Assembly: GCF_006345805.1 (NCBI RefSeq)
Contig: NC_043003.1
Location: 12,834,001-12,898,000, forward strand
From: Octopus sinensis
Taxonomy: Eukaryota
Direction: 5' to 3'
Length of the DNA stretch: 64,000 bases
The position numbers and the translations under genes are program-made. Shown one piece after another: positions 10,262-23,110 of the stretch. The number at the start of each line of letters is the position of its first letter. The stretch's first letter is position 1. The notes under the pieces are model-generated. The model made no database searches, was not told the DNA's origin, and worked only from the letters and a program-made list of their open reading frames with translations.

Positions 10262-13200
10262 GACATAAATGCAGGTGTCTGAAATTTTGACATTGCTTCG
10301 GTTATGTATTTCATCATCATCGTTTAGCGTCCACTTTCCATGCTGGCATGGGTTGGACGATTTGACTGAGGACTGGTCAGCCAGATGGCTGCACCAGGCT
10401 CCAATCTGATCTGGCAGAGTTTCTACAGCTGGATGCCCTTCCTAATGCCAACCACTCCAAGAGTGTAGTGGGTGCTTTTACATGCCACCAGCACCGGTAC
10501 TGGCAATGGCCACACTCAAATGGTGTTTTTTACGTGCCACTTGCACAGGAGCCAGTCCAGTGGCACTAGCAACAACCTTGCTTGAATGTTGTTTTTCACA
10601 TGCCACCGGCACAAGGACCTGTAAGGCGATGCTGGTAACGATCATACTCCTCGAGTGGTGCTTTTTATGTGCCACCAGCACAGGAGCCAGTCAGTGGTTT
10701 TGGCAACGATCACGCTCAGATGGTGCTCTTAGCGCTCCACTAGCATGGATGCCAGTCATGTATTTGTTTTGCAAAATTCCTGATGTGAAACCATGTGTTG
10801 AAACAGATATTGTTATATTTCAGGACGGTGTCTTTTGTTTTTTTTTCTAGCTAAGTAAACACCCACATCATATATGTGTTCTTCACTTTATTATAATAAA
10901 TGAGTGAAGAACGAATATATAATGTGGGTGTTTATTTGGCAAGAAAAAAAAAATGACCATCCCAAAATATAGCTACATTGTTTATAATCTGTATAGCTCT
11001 TGTTAAATATAGTCATATAGTGAGAAATTTACTTCAATTTTTAATACACATCAGGAAGTTATTGTTCAATTTTGAGGTTTCAAAGATCTTATTGTGTTTG
11101 TAATTTGTCAATTTTATTAATTTAGTCTTCTTAATGTGTAACTCCTCTTAACTTTTTTTGAACTGATCTTCAAAAGCTAATTAGAAGAATCTTTTGATAA
11201 AAAAATCCTGGCCATGATCTTGCCATCTTCGTAGAATAATTGCCTTGCTACATTAAGCAAATTGAGCAGTCATCATCATCATCGTTTAACGTCCGTTCTC
11301 CATGCTAGCATGGGTTGGATGGTTTGACCGGGGATCTGGGAAGCCAGAAGGCCGCACCAGGCTCCAGTCTTATCTGGCAATGTTTCTACAGCTGGATGCC
11401 CTTCCTAACACCAACCACTCCGTGAGTGTAGTGGGTGCTTTTTACGTGCCACCTGCACAGTCATATATAAAAAAAATTTTATTTTATGGATTAGAAGCAC
11501 AAGACATCATCTTTTTTCAGTTTATTTATTTACTTATTTATGAATTGGAACAAGGATTAATGAATTTTGGTGCACAAACCTGAAAGAAAAGTAGAAAATC
11601 ATTGATTTAAATTTTTAGATGCTATGTGGATTTAAAAAAATAATGTTTTTCTGAAATTTCCTTATAAATATAATTAAGTTTCAGAAGTAAAATAACAAAA
11701 TATTGAAGACAGAGAACCTCTTACAATGTGAAATGGAAAAATTTTAAATAACGTTTTTTTGAGGCACAAAAACCCTTCATCATAGATGTTAGTCTGTTAT
11801 AGCATCAGTCATGTTGATCAACATGGCCAATACTTTATAGGCGAGCATCTCTGGTGATGGATCTCGGGCCTGAAATTTTATAAATGTTACTCTTTTACTT
11901 GTTTCAGTCATTTGACTGTGGTCATGCTGGAGCAACACATTTAGTCGAGCAAATCGACCCCAGGACTTATTCTTTGTAAGCCTTGTACTTATTCTATCGG
12001 TCTCTCTTTTGCCAAACCGCTAAGTTACTGGGACGTAAACACACCAGCATCGGTTGTCAAGCGATGTTGGGGGACGAAGACAGACACACAAACATATGTA
12101 CTCATACACACACACACATACATACATACATACATATATATATATATATAATATATATATATACACATACATACATACATACATACATACATACAAATAT
12201 ATACGATGGGCTTCTTTCAGTTTCCATCTACCAAATCCACTCACAAGGCATTGGTCGGCCTGAGGCTATAGTAGAAGACACTTGCCCAAGGTGTCACGCA
12301 GTGGGACTGAACCTGGAACTATGTCGTTCGTAAGCAAGCTACTTACCACACAGCCAAACTTTTTCTTTTCACATTGTAAGAAACTCTCTCGGTCTTCTAT
12401 TTTCTTATTTTTACCTGTTTATTACAATGCTTCAGCCAGGCTACAATACTCTCCTTTCATCTAAGTTTTATCTCAAATAATTTCTTGTCAGTTCAGTTAT
12501 TTAAACTATCGAAATTGAGAGTCTTTCAGGTGTCTTCCTCTTCTTTTGACTCCAGATTCCTAGCAATTTGGAATTTGCATGAAGCATAACTTAATATAAG
12601 TTTTGTGCACATGTTCTTCATGTTTGGTTTTTCTGTTCAAATACTGGATTAAGATTTAATTTTTATACCACCCTAGTTACTGGTAATTAGAAAGATTTGT
12701 AATTAGGAATAAATATTTGCTGTTTTACTAAGTCATATGATATTGTGTTTTGGGTGTGTTTCTTAACCTGGTCTGTGTCTTTTTGCAGTTTATTTTCTAA
12801 TACTATGGACATGTCTGAGATATTTTCTTGTTAGGTAACAACAATAAGGATAAGCTTATATAGCTATGTATTTTGATGTACAATTCTGCTTAGGGCTAGA
12901 ATGCTATGCTCTGTTTGTGGTAGGATTTGAATGTTTAGTCATGGACAATTATTCCAATGTTACAAACACACAACCTGATACTTTTTAGTCAAATAAACCC
13001 TATTATTAGTCACTTCTTTATAACTGTTCCACCCAGTACATTAGCTTTAGCCCAGAACAATATAGCCATTATATTAGTGACTGTTGGCCCCAACTCACTC
13101 ACTAGAGAGAGACCAGCTGATCAATTTCATCTCCTTTGTTAAAAATTTCCGCTCTACACTGGAATTCACTTCTTACATCTTGGGTTCATCTATCAACTTC

Positions 13201-13640
13201 TTAGATCTCTGTGTCCACCGACCCCCCTCCACTTTCCCCCCACCTCTCCACTTTCATTTTTCATAAACTGATCAGCTCCCATGCCTACATCGAATTTTCT
13301 TCTTCCCATCTCACTCACGCCAAATCCACCATCTCTTTCTCTCAATTTCTTCATCTTCCAGTTTAGTAGAGTTTCTGGTTTCAAAACTGTGCCCTGCCAA
13401 ATGGTTTCTCTTCTTCAGTAAGTGTAGCCCCCCCTCCCCTCCTCAAACCCATTATGGCACTGATTCTTTTCCATTGCTCACTTGCATCCCCTCAGCCTCT
13501 CATCTTCTTTACCTCTTGGCTGCTTCATACACCATCTTCTGCAACTTTTTTTTCTCCCTCTACCTGTCATCGCCATTGCTGCCGTCTTTCCTCAGACTTC
13601 ACAAATCCCTTCAAAATGACAGAAAAACTTGTATGACCTT

Positions 13641-14455
13641 TTGCTTGGCCACGAACGGATGGTGCTTTTACGTGTCACCGGCACGGGGGCCAGGCGAGGC
13701 TGGCAACGGACACGAACGGATGGTGCTTTTACATGTCACCGACATGGGGGCCAGACAGGGCTGGCAAACGGCCACGAACGGATGGTGCTTTTACATGTCA
13801 CCGACATGGGGGCCAGACAGGGCTGGCAAACGGCCACGAACGGATGGTGCTTTTACGTGTCACTGGCACGGGGGCCAGACAGAGCTGGCAAACGGCCACA
13901 AATGGATGGTGCTTTTACGTGTCACCGGCACGGGGGCCAGGCCAGGCTGGCAACGAACACAAACGGCTGGTGCTTTTACGTGTCACCGACACGGGGGCCA
14001 GACAGGGCTGGCAAACGGCTACGAACGGATGGTGCTTTTACGTGTCACCTGCACGGGGGCCCTGATGTTGATCGACCTCAATTGGTTTGATTTTGATTTT
14101 GACTGTTCTCACTGGTCTTGCCGGGTTTTCTCACGCACAGCATATTTCCAAAGGTCTCGGTCACTGGTCATTTCCTTGGTGAGACCTAAAGTTCGAAGGT
14201 CGTGCTTCACCGCCTCGACCCAGGTTTTCCTGGGTCTACCTCTTCCACAGGTCCCCTCAACTGCCAGAGTGTGGCACTTTCGCACACAACTATCTTCAGC
14301 CATTCTCATCACATGACCATACCAGCGCATACGTCTCTCTTGCACACAACAACTGATGCTTCTTAGGTTCAACTTTTCTCTCAAGGTACTTACACTCTGT
14401 CAATTATGAACACTGACGTTACACATCCATCGGAGCATACTAGCTTCATTTCTTG
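13641..14455 (-). mobile_element. RTE LINE fragment (RT C-terminus plus about seven ~60-bp UTR repeats)
   Basis: ORF 14109-14384: RRMRWYGHVMRMAEDSCVRKC...GRGRPRKTW...; tandem ggccacgaacggatggtgcttttacgtgtcaccggcacggggg units at 13645-14065. Confidence 0.88.
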
Positions 14456-14598
14456 CGAAATGTCTAATGTATTGTCTTTGGCATCTTGAAACACACGGTA
14501 CAACATTTTTGCTCTTCCTGATCACTCCCCAACTATCATTCTATCTTTGGAAATTTCCTAATGCCATGGTCCAAATGGAATATGCTAACTTAAGTCAA

Positions 14599-14830
14599 GG
14601 CGGCGAGCTGGCAGAGGCGTTAGAACGCCGGGCGAAATGCTTAGTGGTATTTCGTCTGCCATTACGTTCTGAGTTCAAATTCCGCCGAGGTCGACTTTAC
14701 CTTTCATCCTTTCGGGGGTCGATAAATTAAGTATCAGTTACGCACTGGGGTCGATGTAATCGACTTAATACCTATGTCTGTCCTTGTTTGTCTCCTCTGT
14801 GTTTAGCCCCTTGTGGGTAATAAAGAAATA
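14599..14830 (+). mobile_element. SINE family A, full copy with a target-site duplication; further copies at 21361-21592, 25869-26320 (two in tandem), 33783-34003 (-), 42325-42560, 43135-43315, 46010-46260, 47015-47435 (-, two), 61297-61510, 62155-62590
   Basis: Same head, core and tail. Flanked by ggaatatgctaactta / ggagtatgcttactta (16 bp, 2 mismatches). Confidence 0.88.
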
Positions 14831-15785
14831 GGAGTATGCTTACTTAGCAAACACTGGTTCATTTTCCATCTGGGAACCTTTGCTCCTAGTGTTATGGACT
14901 CTTGCCTCCAATTTCTCTAGCTTAGTCCCAACTCTTTTCTTTGTCACCATTTATTACTTTGTGCCTGTGTTTGCCTTGTATGTGTATCTGTTTTGTCCCT
15001 TTGTAGCTGGCTCTGTTTTTGTTACTATTACTAGTTAACTCACACTACATAGCTTGCCATAGCATTGGCTACGTAGCCCTCATCCTGCTACATCTTTCAC
15101 CAATTACCCCTCTCCCTAATTTATCCCTAATTTACTCCTATCATACTCTCTCCTCCTGCTTGGGCATCCTCTCACCAGCCCTTTCCTTCTGCCCTCCTCC
15201 CTTGCTTCCCATACTTCACCTCCCCCACATCTCTGTCGTACCCCACAGTCACTTCCTTTTCCAATCCCCGTCACTAAAATTCTACCTATTCCCTCACATT
15301 TTCCACTTCTGTTGGCCATTATTTAAAGATTTCCCATCAAAAAACCTTAGTCTGAAGCTAGATTTTTTCCAAACTCCCTCAGCTTCTAAAGTTATTGATG
15401 TCTACAACCTCTCTTAGATTCATTATCTTAATAAACCCACTTGCCATTAATTTATGCCAAATATATTTCAGGCTGGCCATATTCCTCTGAACAGTCACAT
15501 TTATTGTATTTAAGCACATATTCAAACCTGAACATAGTGTATGTAAACAAATAAGAATAGATTTTAAACCATTCCATTAAACCATTCCATTAGCTAAGCT
15601 TATTTTTGTTAGTATTTTTTAATTAAAATTTCAATGATTAGCTCATTTATATCTAAGAACAAAAAAAAAAAAAATCTAATTATACTTAATATAATATTTA
15701 CTTAATTAAAACTAGAGAGAAGCTTAGTCAGTTTCTTATTTTCTCCTTTTTATTTAAATCTTTCTTTAAAACCTATATATATACA

Positions 15786-15818
<33 letters not shown>

Positions 15819-16100
15819 TTGTGTTTATATATATATATATATTTATACATACACACATACAAATTATATATATATATATATTTGTGTTTATATATATATA
15901 TATATTATATATATATATATATATTTGTGTATATATACACATATATAAATTATATAAATTACATGTATCACTGATTTCAGTAATGTTATGCTTGTTTGCA
16001 TGAATATTTTAATGCATTTTTTTTATTCTACTGTTTGGGAACTGTTAGACGTGTGATAGTTGGTGCCTGCCTGACGTTCTGCGTTTGTTCTGTTTCCCAG

Positions 16101-16166
16101 CAAAAAGGTATACAGCTTGGCCAGATGGTAATGTCAGTGCCGCAGGTCATGCCCGCAGCTAATCAG
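16101..16166 (+). CDS. MED25: MED25 linker exon: QKGIQLGQMVMSVPQVMPAANQ
   Basis: Acceptor tgtttcccag|, donor CAG|gtatac; 66 nt, phase 0-0; Q/M/P-rich composition expected after the ACID domain. An alternative in-frame donor exists at 16128. Confidence 0.8.
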
Positions 16167-19100
16167 GTATACACATCTCCCTCTGCAAAATTCTTGTTCT
16201 GACACAACTGCGACCACTCGTCTTTATTTTTTGCTCACCCTTTCGCCTTTTCTGCCTTTGCCACCTCTTTTCTTCCTGCCCTTTCTTGTTATGGGCCATT
16301 CTAGCCATTTGTTCATATATTTTTTTTTTATCTATCTTTCACAATGGTATGGTTACCCTTTATTCTAGACCCTTCCTTTCTGATCCCAAAAATTAAAAAA
16401 ATAAAATAAAAAGCTTTAATGAAAAAAAAATATCTATACAATTAAGCAGTTATTACTATTACGTATAGAAGTAATAATTTAATGATGTTGTAAGAAAATT
16501 ACTATTACCATGTTTGGTAATGATAATTTATATCGTTAAGAAAATTATTATTACTGTGTATAGTAATAATAATTTGTACTTTAAGGAATTCGTTACTATT
16601 GCTATAGCAATTTCTTCATAACTAATGCATGCTGTTTTATCCACATTTAATATCTTTATAACGCTTTAGATAATAACAACAATAATAATAATAATAATAA
16701 TAAATCAAGCACATATAATGTTCTGTTTGGGTTATTGCAAGATATTTCAATCTCCTCATAGCACTTCTGACGAACCATATTTGCTATTTTTACAACCTAA
16801 TGGTGAACAGCATCCCTTCCCAGTTGCTTTTAACACCTAATTTCTGGTTTTGTATTTATTATAATATATGACTAAGGACACTGTGTTGAGGACATGTAAC
16901 CCTCTCACCCCGAGAAGTGAAAACCTCATTGACTTGTTCATTATAGCAATGTATATGTTTGTGTGTCACACTTTCAGGTTTGCTTTGAAGCTTAATTTGC
17001 CTTAATATCCGAGGAGCTGTCCTGAAGGATTACAAAGAAGACTGGTTCCTCCAGTAAGCATAAAGGGAAAATTATTGTCTGATTTAAAAAATTTTTGTTA
17101 GCATATTGCCCCCAATATCCATGGTAGTGTGTGTGTGTGTGTGTGTGTGTATATACCACTTCTTTATTTGAGCAGAGGCAATGCGAGCAGGAACTAAAGG
17201 AACATTACTAAGATCCACACACAAAGATCAAATACATACATATATTCATATATCCATTTATATCTACAGAACGGATATAAAATCCAACATATATATAATA
17301 ATAATGTTGGCGTTAGGAAGGGCATCCAGCTGTATAAACTTTGCCAGATAAGACTGGAGCCTGGTGCAGCCTTCTGGCTTCCCAGATCCCCGGGCGATCC
17401 GTCCAACCCATGCTAGCATGGAGAACGGACGTTAAACGATGATGATGATATAAATAGATAAAAATAATTTAATCATCATCATCATATCATCATTGTTTAA
17501 CGTCTGCTTTCCATGCCAGCATGGGTTGGACGATTTGACTGTGGGCTGGCGAACCAGATGGCTGTACCAGGCTTCAATCTTGATGTGGCAGAGTTTCTAC
17601 AGCTGGATGCCCTTCCTAATGCCAACCACTCCGAAAGTGTAGTGGGTGCTTTAATGTGCCACCGGCATGGGGCCAGTCAGGCGGTACTAGCAATGACCTC
17701 GCTCGAATCCTTTTACATATGCCACCGGCACGGGTGCCAGTAAGGTGATGTTGGTAACGATCCCTCTCGAATGGTGTCTTTTATGTGTCACCGACATGGA
17801 AGCCAGTTGGCTGCTCTGGCAACGATCATGTTCAGATGGTGCTCTTGGCACCCTACTAGCACGGGCACAATATAAATAGATAAAAATCATATAATATATA
17901 TAAATATATAAGAATCAGTATTACATACAAAACACAGGGAATTTACGCTTAAAGTTATAAAACATTAGTAAATTAAAAATTTTGTATAATAAAACATAAA
18001 AAGGACATATTAAAATGGCGTATTAAAATTCCAGAAAAAATATACAAAAAATACAAAAATACAAAATTTTTCATCCAATGGCTGTTTCGGAGATGCGCCA
18101 ATTAATATGATGCATTTCATATATACACACTTTTTTTCATATGTAGGTTAACACAGCTGCCATTAGTCTCATGCTGAGAGATATCTCAGCATTTATCAAG
18201 CCTGCCACATATGACATTGTTAACCCACAAATAAAGAATATTTATCTAGCATTGTCTGTCATAATTCTGTGTTTATGTAATAGATAAATGAATGAATAAT
18301 TATAAAGATAAATTAAATAGAGAGATACTATTGACAATCCAATAATTTATTTATATTATAGTATGACATGATATACTATGAATATAATATATCATAACAT
18401 AATATTATATAACATAAACAATTATTAAAAAAAACACATAAAAGGCCAACAAATTGTTTTGGCTTTCTGATATACATACATAATAACAGTTCCCTTATAT
18501 ATTTCAGGGTCATATATTTCCCTCATAACCCTTTCAGGGTTATATATTTCCCTTATATTTCAGGGTCATGGTTTAAAGATAGATTGTATTGTAAAAATGA
18601 CTGTAAACGGTGTGTTTTTGGGGTACCACGTGAAGTTTGGAACAAGATAATTTGGTGCAGCTGCCTGGGCATTGAGCCTATTTTGGTGACAGTACTTTTT
18701 GGTACTAGAGGCAGATGTGTACATGCACACACACACACAAAGCATATGCATATAAAGAAATTTTCACATATAAATAGAAAAAGTGACAGAGATGAAGCGA
18801 GAGTTATTGAAGACGACAGACATAAACAGTTTCCTTTCCTTGTACACATACTGAGAAATATACTCACACATACAAAAGAAAAGCGCGGGAAGTTGTTAGG
18901 GAGAGCTGTTATATTTTATCAATTGAACACAAATGGCGTAAATAGTTTTCCTCTCCTCATACGTATAAATAGAAATATGCTCACACACAAACGTAGACCG
19001 AGAGTGAGAGAAAGAATGAGAGAAACATTAGAATGCCTGATGTCAAATAAGCCATGATGCTCCAGCTCACTCAGCTATAGAAATGAGTTGCAACGTCACT

Positions 19101-19972
19101 GGTGCCAAGCTGTATCTGCCCCTTTGCTTTTCCCTTGGATAACATCAGTGGCGTGGAGAGTTGAAGCTGGTTTTCACGAGCGACTGCTGGTCTTCCATAA
19201 ACAACCTTGCCTGGGCTTGTGCCTGGGAGGTGCAATCCCATGGTCATTCATGAAAGTGGGGGTCTTTACCTTTACTACTATCTTAGGTTTTATGTTTATT
19301 TAACCTGTTACTCTGTTGTGTCTGAGGAGAGTCATTTTCTTTTTGTGCCTTATAATATAACACACTCACCGGTAAAATTTTCACTTATTTCTTATTTTTA
19401 TTTTCCTAAAATTTTCGTTGTGTCTTGCAAACCTTTTTAATAGTCTCGACTCTTGAAAAGACTATTGAAAAGGTTGCAAGACGCAATGGAAATTTTAAGA
19501 AAATAAAGATAAGAAATAAGTGGAAATTTTACCGGTGAGTGTGTTACTTTATAAGGCACAAAAAGAAAATGACTCTCCCCAGACACAACAGAATATGCTT
19601 CAACACACGAACTCATATACAGAATCTTGCAAACCAAATCCCCAAAACGAAATATAATAAGCTTTACCTTTTACTGTTTTGCTCTGTTAGTATCTTACTG
19701 TTTTCTGTTGGAAGAAATCAGTAATTATGGCAGCTTGAAAGTGTGTGGGGAAGTGTATACAAATCATATACATTACTGTGCTTTAAATTCCCTTTGCACT
19801 CTTTACAGTGTCAGGTGGTTGATGGTGTTCTGTTCCTTGTTCTGAACATGTTTCTATCTCTATAAACCTTTTCTACCTTTGCTGGCAATGGCATATCCAA
19901 TTGCGTACACCTTGGCTTTTTATACCTTCCTGCAAGGCTTTCTTTCATTATATATACATATATATACATACA

Positions 19973-20009
<37 letters not shown>

Positions 20010-20749
20010 TTGCATAAAATATATTTTTGTGTATATGTATGATTGTATGGATATAGGTGTTTGTGTATATTTGTATGTGTGTGTGTGTGTGTATTTGTGT
20101 GCGTGTGTGTATATATTATGTATATATAGAATATGTATGCATGTGTAAACGTGTGTGTGTGTGTATATGTATGTAGTATATATGTATATATATATTTGTG
20201 TATGTGTTATATGTATATATGGATGCACATATCCATTTATATATACATGTGTTTGTAAAAGTTGGTTAAAAATAATTGTAATTTTTAACCTTCAAGTCTC
20301 CAGCAATCTATTTCAGGTCAGAATCAATTTTATTTATTGAAATTATAACTATTGTAATGTACATATTTTATTTTTATTTTTGCCTACAAGAAACAGTTTC
20401 ACATATTCCAGTAGCTTAGAATTCTGGTGTCCTGGAGCACTGAATTCTCTGAAGGAATTTTGAACTGTTGTTTTGTTGTTTAACTTTAAAAAAAAATTTT
20501 TTGTTACCAAATGTCTCTTGAAACTTATTACTTCTCTTTCAGTTGATTTCTTAAAATAACAAAATATTTAGTAGAATAAATTTGTTGATATTAAACTGGT
20601 TTTTAAAACATAAATTAACATAGAATTTTGATAGAAGGTTTTGACTTGAAAATAGCAATTTTGTATTATAGAATCAGGTTGGTTTTGTGTGGGTTTGTAT
20701 TAAAAGGGTTAGCAACTTCTTGCAAAAGAAGTTATTGAGATGCTTGGAA

Positions 20750-21230
20750 AATTGTTAATTGGTCTCTGAGAAGTCTTTAGGTGTTGGCTGGATAACAGAG
20801 TCTAGTCTGTTTGTCAGATATAAAGTTGGGTGTTGTCAAGGAGAAAAATGATCCCTTTTAAGTTGGCTAGAGCTGTAGGTAAATGGTTTTATTTTTGGTG
20901 TATTTTGTTGATTTCTTGGCAGTACATCTCAGCATTGCCAGGATTCAAGAAATAGAAGTGAATGATTCCACTTGCTGGCCACTGAATAGTGACTATGACA
21001 GTCTTTTGATGTGGCTTTAGTTTGGGGAAATATTTTATGCTTCACTTTGGACCAGACACTGTGCAGATTGCTATCAGTTGTTGTATAGAATCCTTTTTCT
21101 GTGACATTCAATGAAGAAATAGTCTGTTTTTGATGTTGTCCCAAGTAGCAACTGCGGGGGCTACGTAACAGTGTTTCAAGCTCTTGCATTGATGGACATT
21201 TAGAATTGCCTTGGAAAGCATAAAATGCTA
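20750..21230 (-). mobile_element. Highly degenerate LINE 3' fragment, probably CR1/L2
   Basis: Only weak translated similarity to CR1-type C-terminal motifs; stops and frameshifts present. Confidence 0.4.
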
Positions 21231-22078
21231 AATCTATCATAAAGTTACCAATCTGTTGCTGTCACTGCTTTTTTGAATAGTGATCTTACTGATCATTTGA
21301 TTATCAAACACACACATATGCAGGTGCACACTTGCACGCATGCACACAAATAAACCTACATGGCAGCAAGTTGGCAGAAACGTTAGCACGCCGGGTGAAA
21401 TGCTTAGCGGTATTTCGTCTGCCATTACGTTCCGAGTTCAAATTCTGCCGAGGTCGACTTTGCCTTTCATCCTTTCTGGGTCGATAAATTAAGTACCAGT
21501 TACATACTAGGGTCGATGTAATCGATTCAGTCCCTTTGTCTGTCCTTGTTTGTCCCCTCTATGTTTAGCCCCTTGTGGGCAATAAAGAAATAAGAAACCC
21601 ACATGTGCACTTACACACACACACACACACATCCCTATCCATTCATATAATATGCCTTATCTTATTTTAACTTCTCTTGCTTCTAGTAAATCATAAGTAA
21701 GTGCCTTACCTTGCTGCTAGAGAGTTAAAGGATTGCAAATTGACAGCTTACCTCTGTGTTTTGTCTTCTTTTTTCTAGCACAGTTTATTATTTACCTTTC
21801 CACTCAAAAAGTTCTTCAAAATCCTAAGTTTTCTGTTAAAATATAAGTGTTTTTCTTTTTATGTTTTTAAATTGGTCACGCAGCAAGAAGAACATTTCCT
21901 GCTATATATGTACTTTATCTACATGTCAAATAACAGTGTTATGTGTGCACGTGCATATTAGCTTGTTGATATAAGTTTTGGACTTCCTCTGACTGACAAA
22001 CAGTTTAGTTACCCTTAGAAATAGAATCCTGGGCAGCATTAAGTGCTTTGCATCATCATAGTTGCTCTTTGTTCTTAA

Positions 22079-22298
22079 CCCTTTCGTTACTGTATTTCTT
22101 TTGAGATGTTCTGTGTTTCTTTCAATTATTTTAAATATAACTAAGAATTTTGTAAAATAACTTAGTTATCATTAAGCTAGCGTTAGGAACATAAATTGTG
22201 ACTAAGGTTTGGTGGAAGATTTTAATTCAAAACTTATGAAAACAAGACATTTTACCACAGAGCCAGAGCTGGTTTTGGCCAGGTTACTAACAAAAGGG
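22079..22298. mobile_element. piggyBac-type MITE family 2 (CCCTTTCGTTAC...AAAGGG); copies at 44490-44706, 44734-44955, 63415-63635, 63667-63887, 63919-64000; relatives near 20490-20712, 23113-23300, 59742-59960
   Basis: ~220-bp units with TTAA-type flanks and short TIRs, near-identical interiors. Confidence 0.87.
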
Positions 22299-22805
22299 TT
22301 ATACGTGCTTATATGTATTTGTATAGATGTGTGTTTGTATGTATATGTATGCATATGTGTATGACTGTGTGTGTATATATATGTATGTAGGTGCATATGG
22401 ATGTATGTGTATAAATGCGGGAATATATGTATGTTTCCCTTTTGATAGGGATTTACATAATGTATGTATTTAGATATTGAATGCATATGTATCCAATATG
22501 GGGTGAAAAAACAAAAAAAAAATAGCCCCAGTGTTAAGTAGTTCAGTTTCTCTATAGATAATTGCAGAACTCACGTGATACGAATATTTCGGTGATGCTG
22601 ATATTCCTTATATTTTCCTAATCTGTAGACTTTAATGTAAAAGAAAACATTGATTCATATAAGGCAAGTGTTCTTTACAAACCTTTGCAATTTCTTAAGT
22701 AGGTTGGCTTCAAACAGTTATGATGCCGATTGGTATGTCTGTAAACAATTGTAACTATAACTCCTTGTTTATGGTAGTGGGTAACAAATTTCTTCACTAC
22801 TTCAG

Positions 22806-23110
22806 GGAGTGACGACCCATGCCTGACATGAGCCCCGGCCTCAGCTGGCTCCGGCTGACAGTACCCGGTATGGGCCTCTATCCAGGGTTACGGAAAGGAG
22901 ACAACCTTCAAAGAAGTCCGGAGTGGAGCCCCGAAGGCGGTTTAGTGTTTTACTCGTCACTCTTCCGGCAGCTCCTGTAACCAAGCTGGTACCAAACGTA
23001 ATGCTCTGCACTCCTTTGGACTACATCAGCAAGGTTGAGAGAGGAATCTTGATGATTGGGCTACCCAGGATGTTCTTATTTCTAGCCCAGGCCTGCGCAA
23101 AACTGGAAGT
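22806..23110 (+). mobile_element. GC-rich block resembling the 5' UTR of an RTE-clade LINE
   Basis: Sharp GC-rich insertion containing cggagtggagcccc..ggcggtt..ttccggcagctcctg..ccaagctggt, which I recall from RTE 5' ends; not verified. Confidence 0.4.

Larger units (their letters stand above)
13090..14920 (+). mobile_element. Degenerate Penelope-like (RT plus GIY-YIG) retroelement interrupted by an RTE fragment and a SINE
   Basis: Frameshifted translations QLINFISFVKNFRSTLEFT..SSINFLDL, SSHAYIEFSSSHLTHAKSTISFSQFL and HWFIFHLGTFAPSVMD resemble the PLE RT, thumb (SxHPxHxKxxIPFSQFLR) and C-terminal (IFRLGTLxPxG) motifs as I recall them. Confidence 0.72.

Noticed and set aside
9463-10320. Long ORFs of 285, 175 and 91 aa
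   Set aside because: They arise from a stop-free 72-bp (24-codon) repeat and are open on both strands.
12789-12834. 46-nt exon candidate (ttttgcag| ... ttag|gtaaca)
   Set aside because: T-rich interior, immediate stop and only a moderate donor; indistinguishable from background in an AT-rich intron.
13474-14316. 280-aa and overlapping ORFs, and similar ones at 35134-35625, 40133-40769, 48625-49269 and 58175-58740
   Set aside because: Translations of RTE UTR repeats or microsatellites; no splice context or protein-like signal.
22806-23010. HDV-like ribozyme at the putative RTE 5' end (ctcttcc-GG, cagct/agctg hairpin, ccaa)
   Set aside because: P2, P3 and L3 could not be built with canonical geometry, and the 5' end pairs over 11 bp with tcgtcactctt as a simple helix. 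A family consensus would be needed to revisit this.
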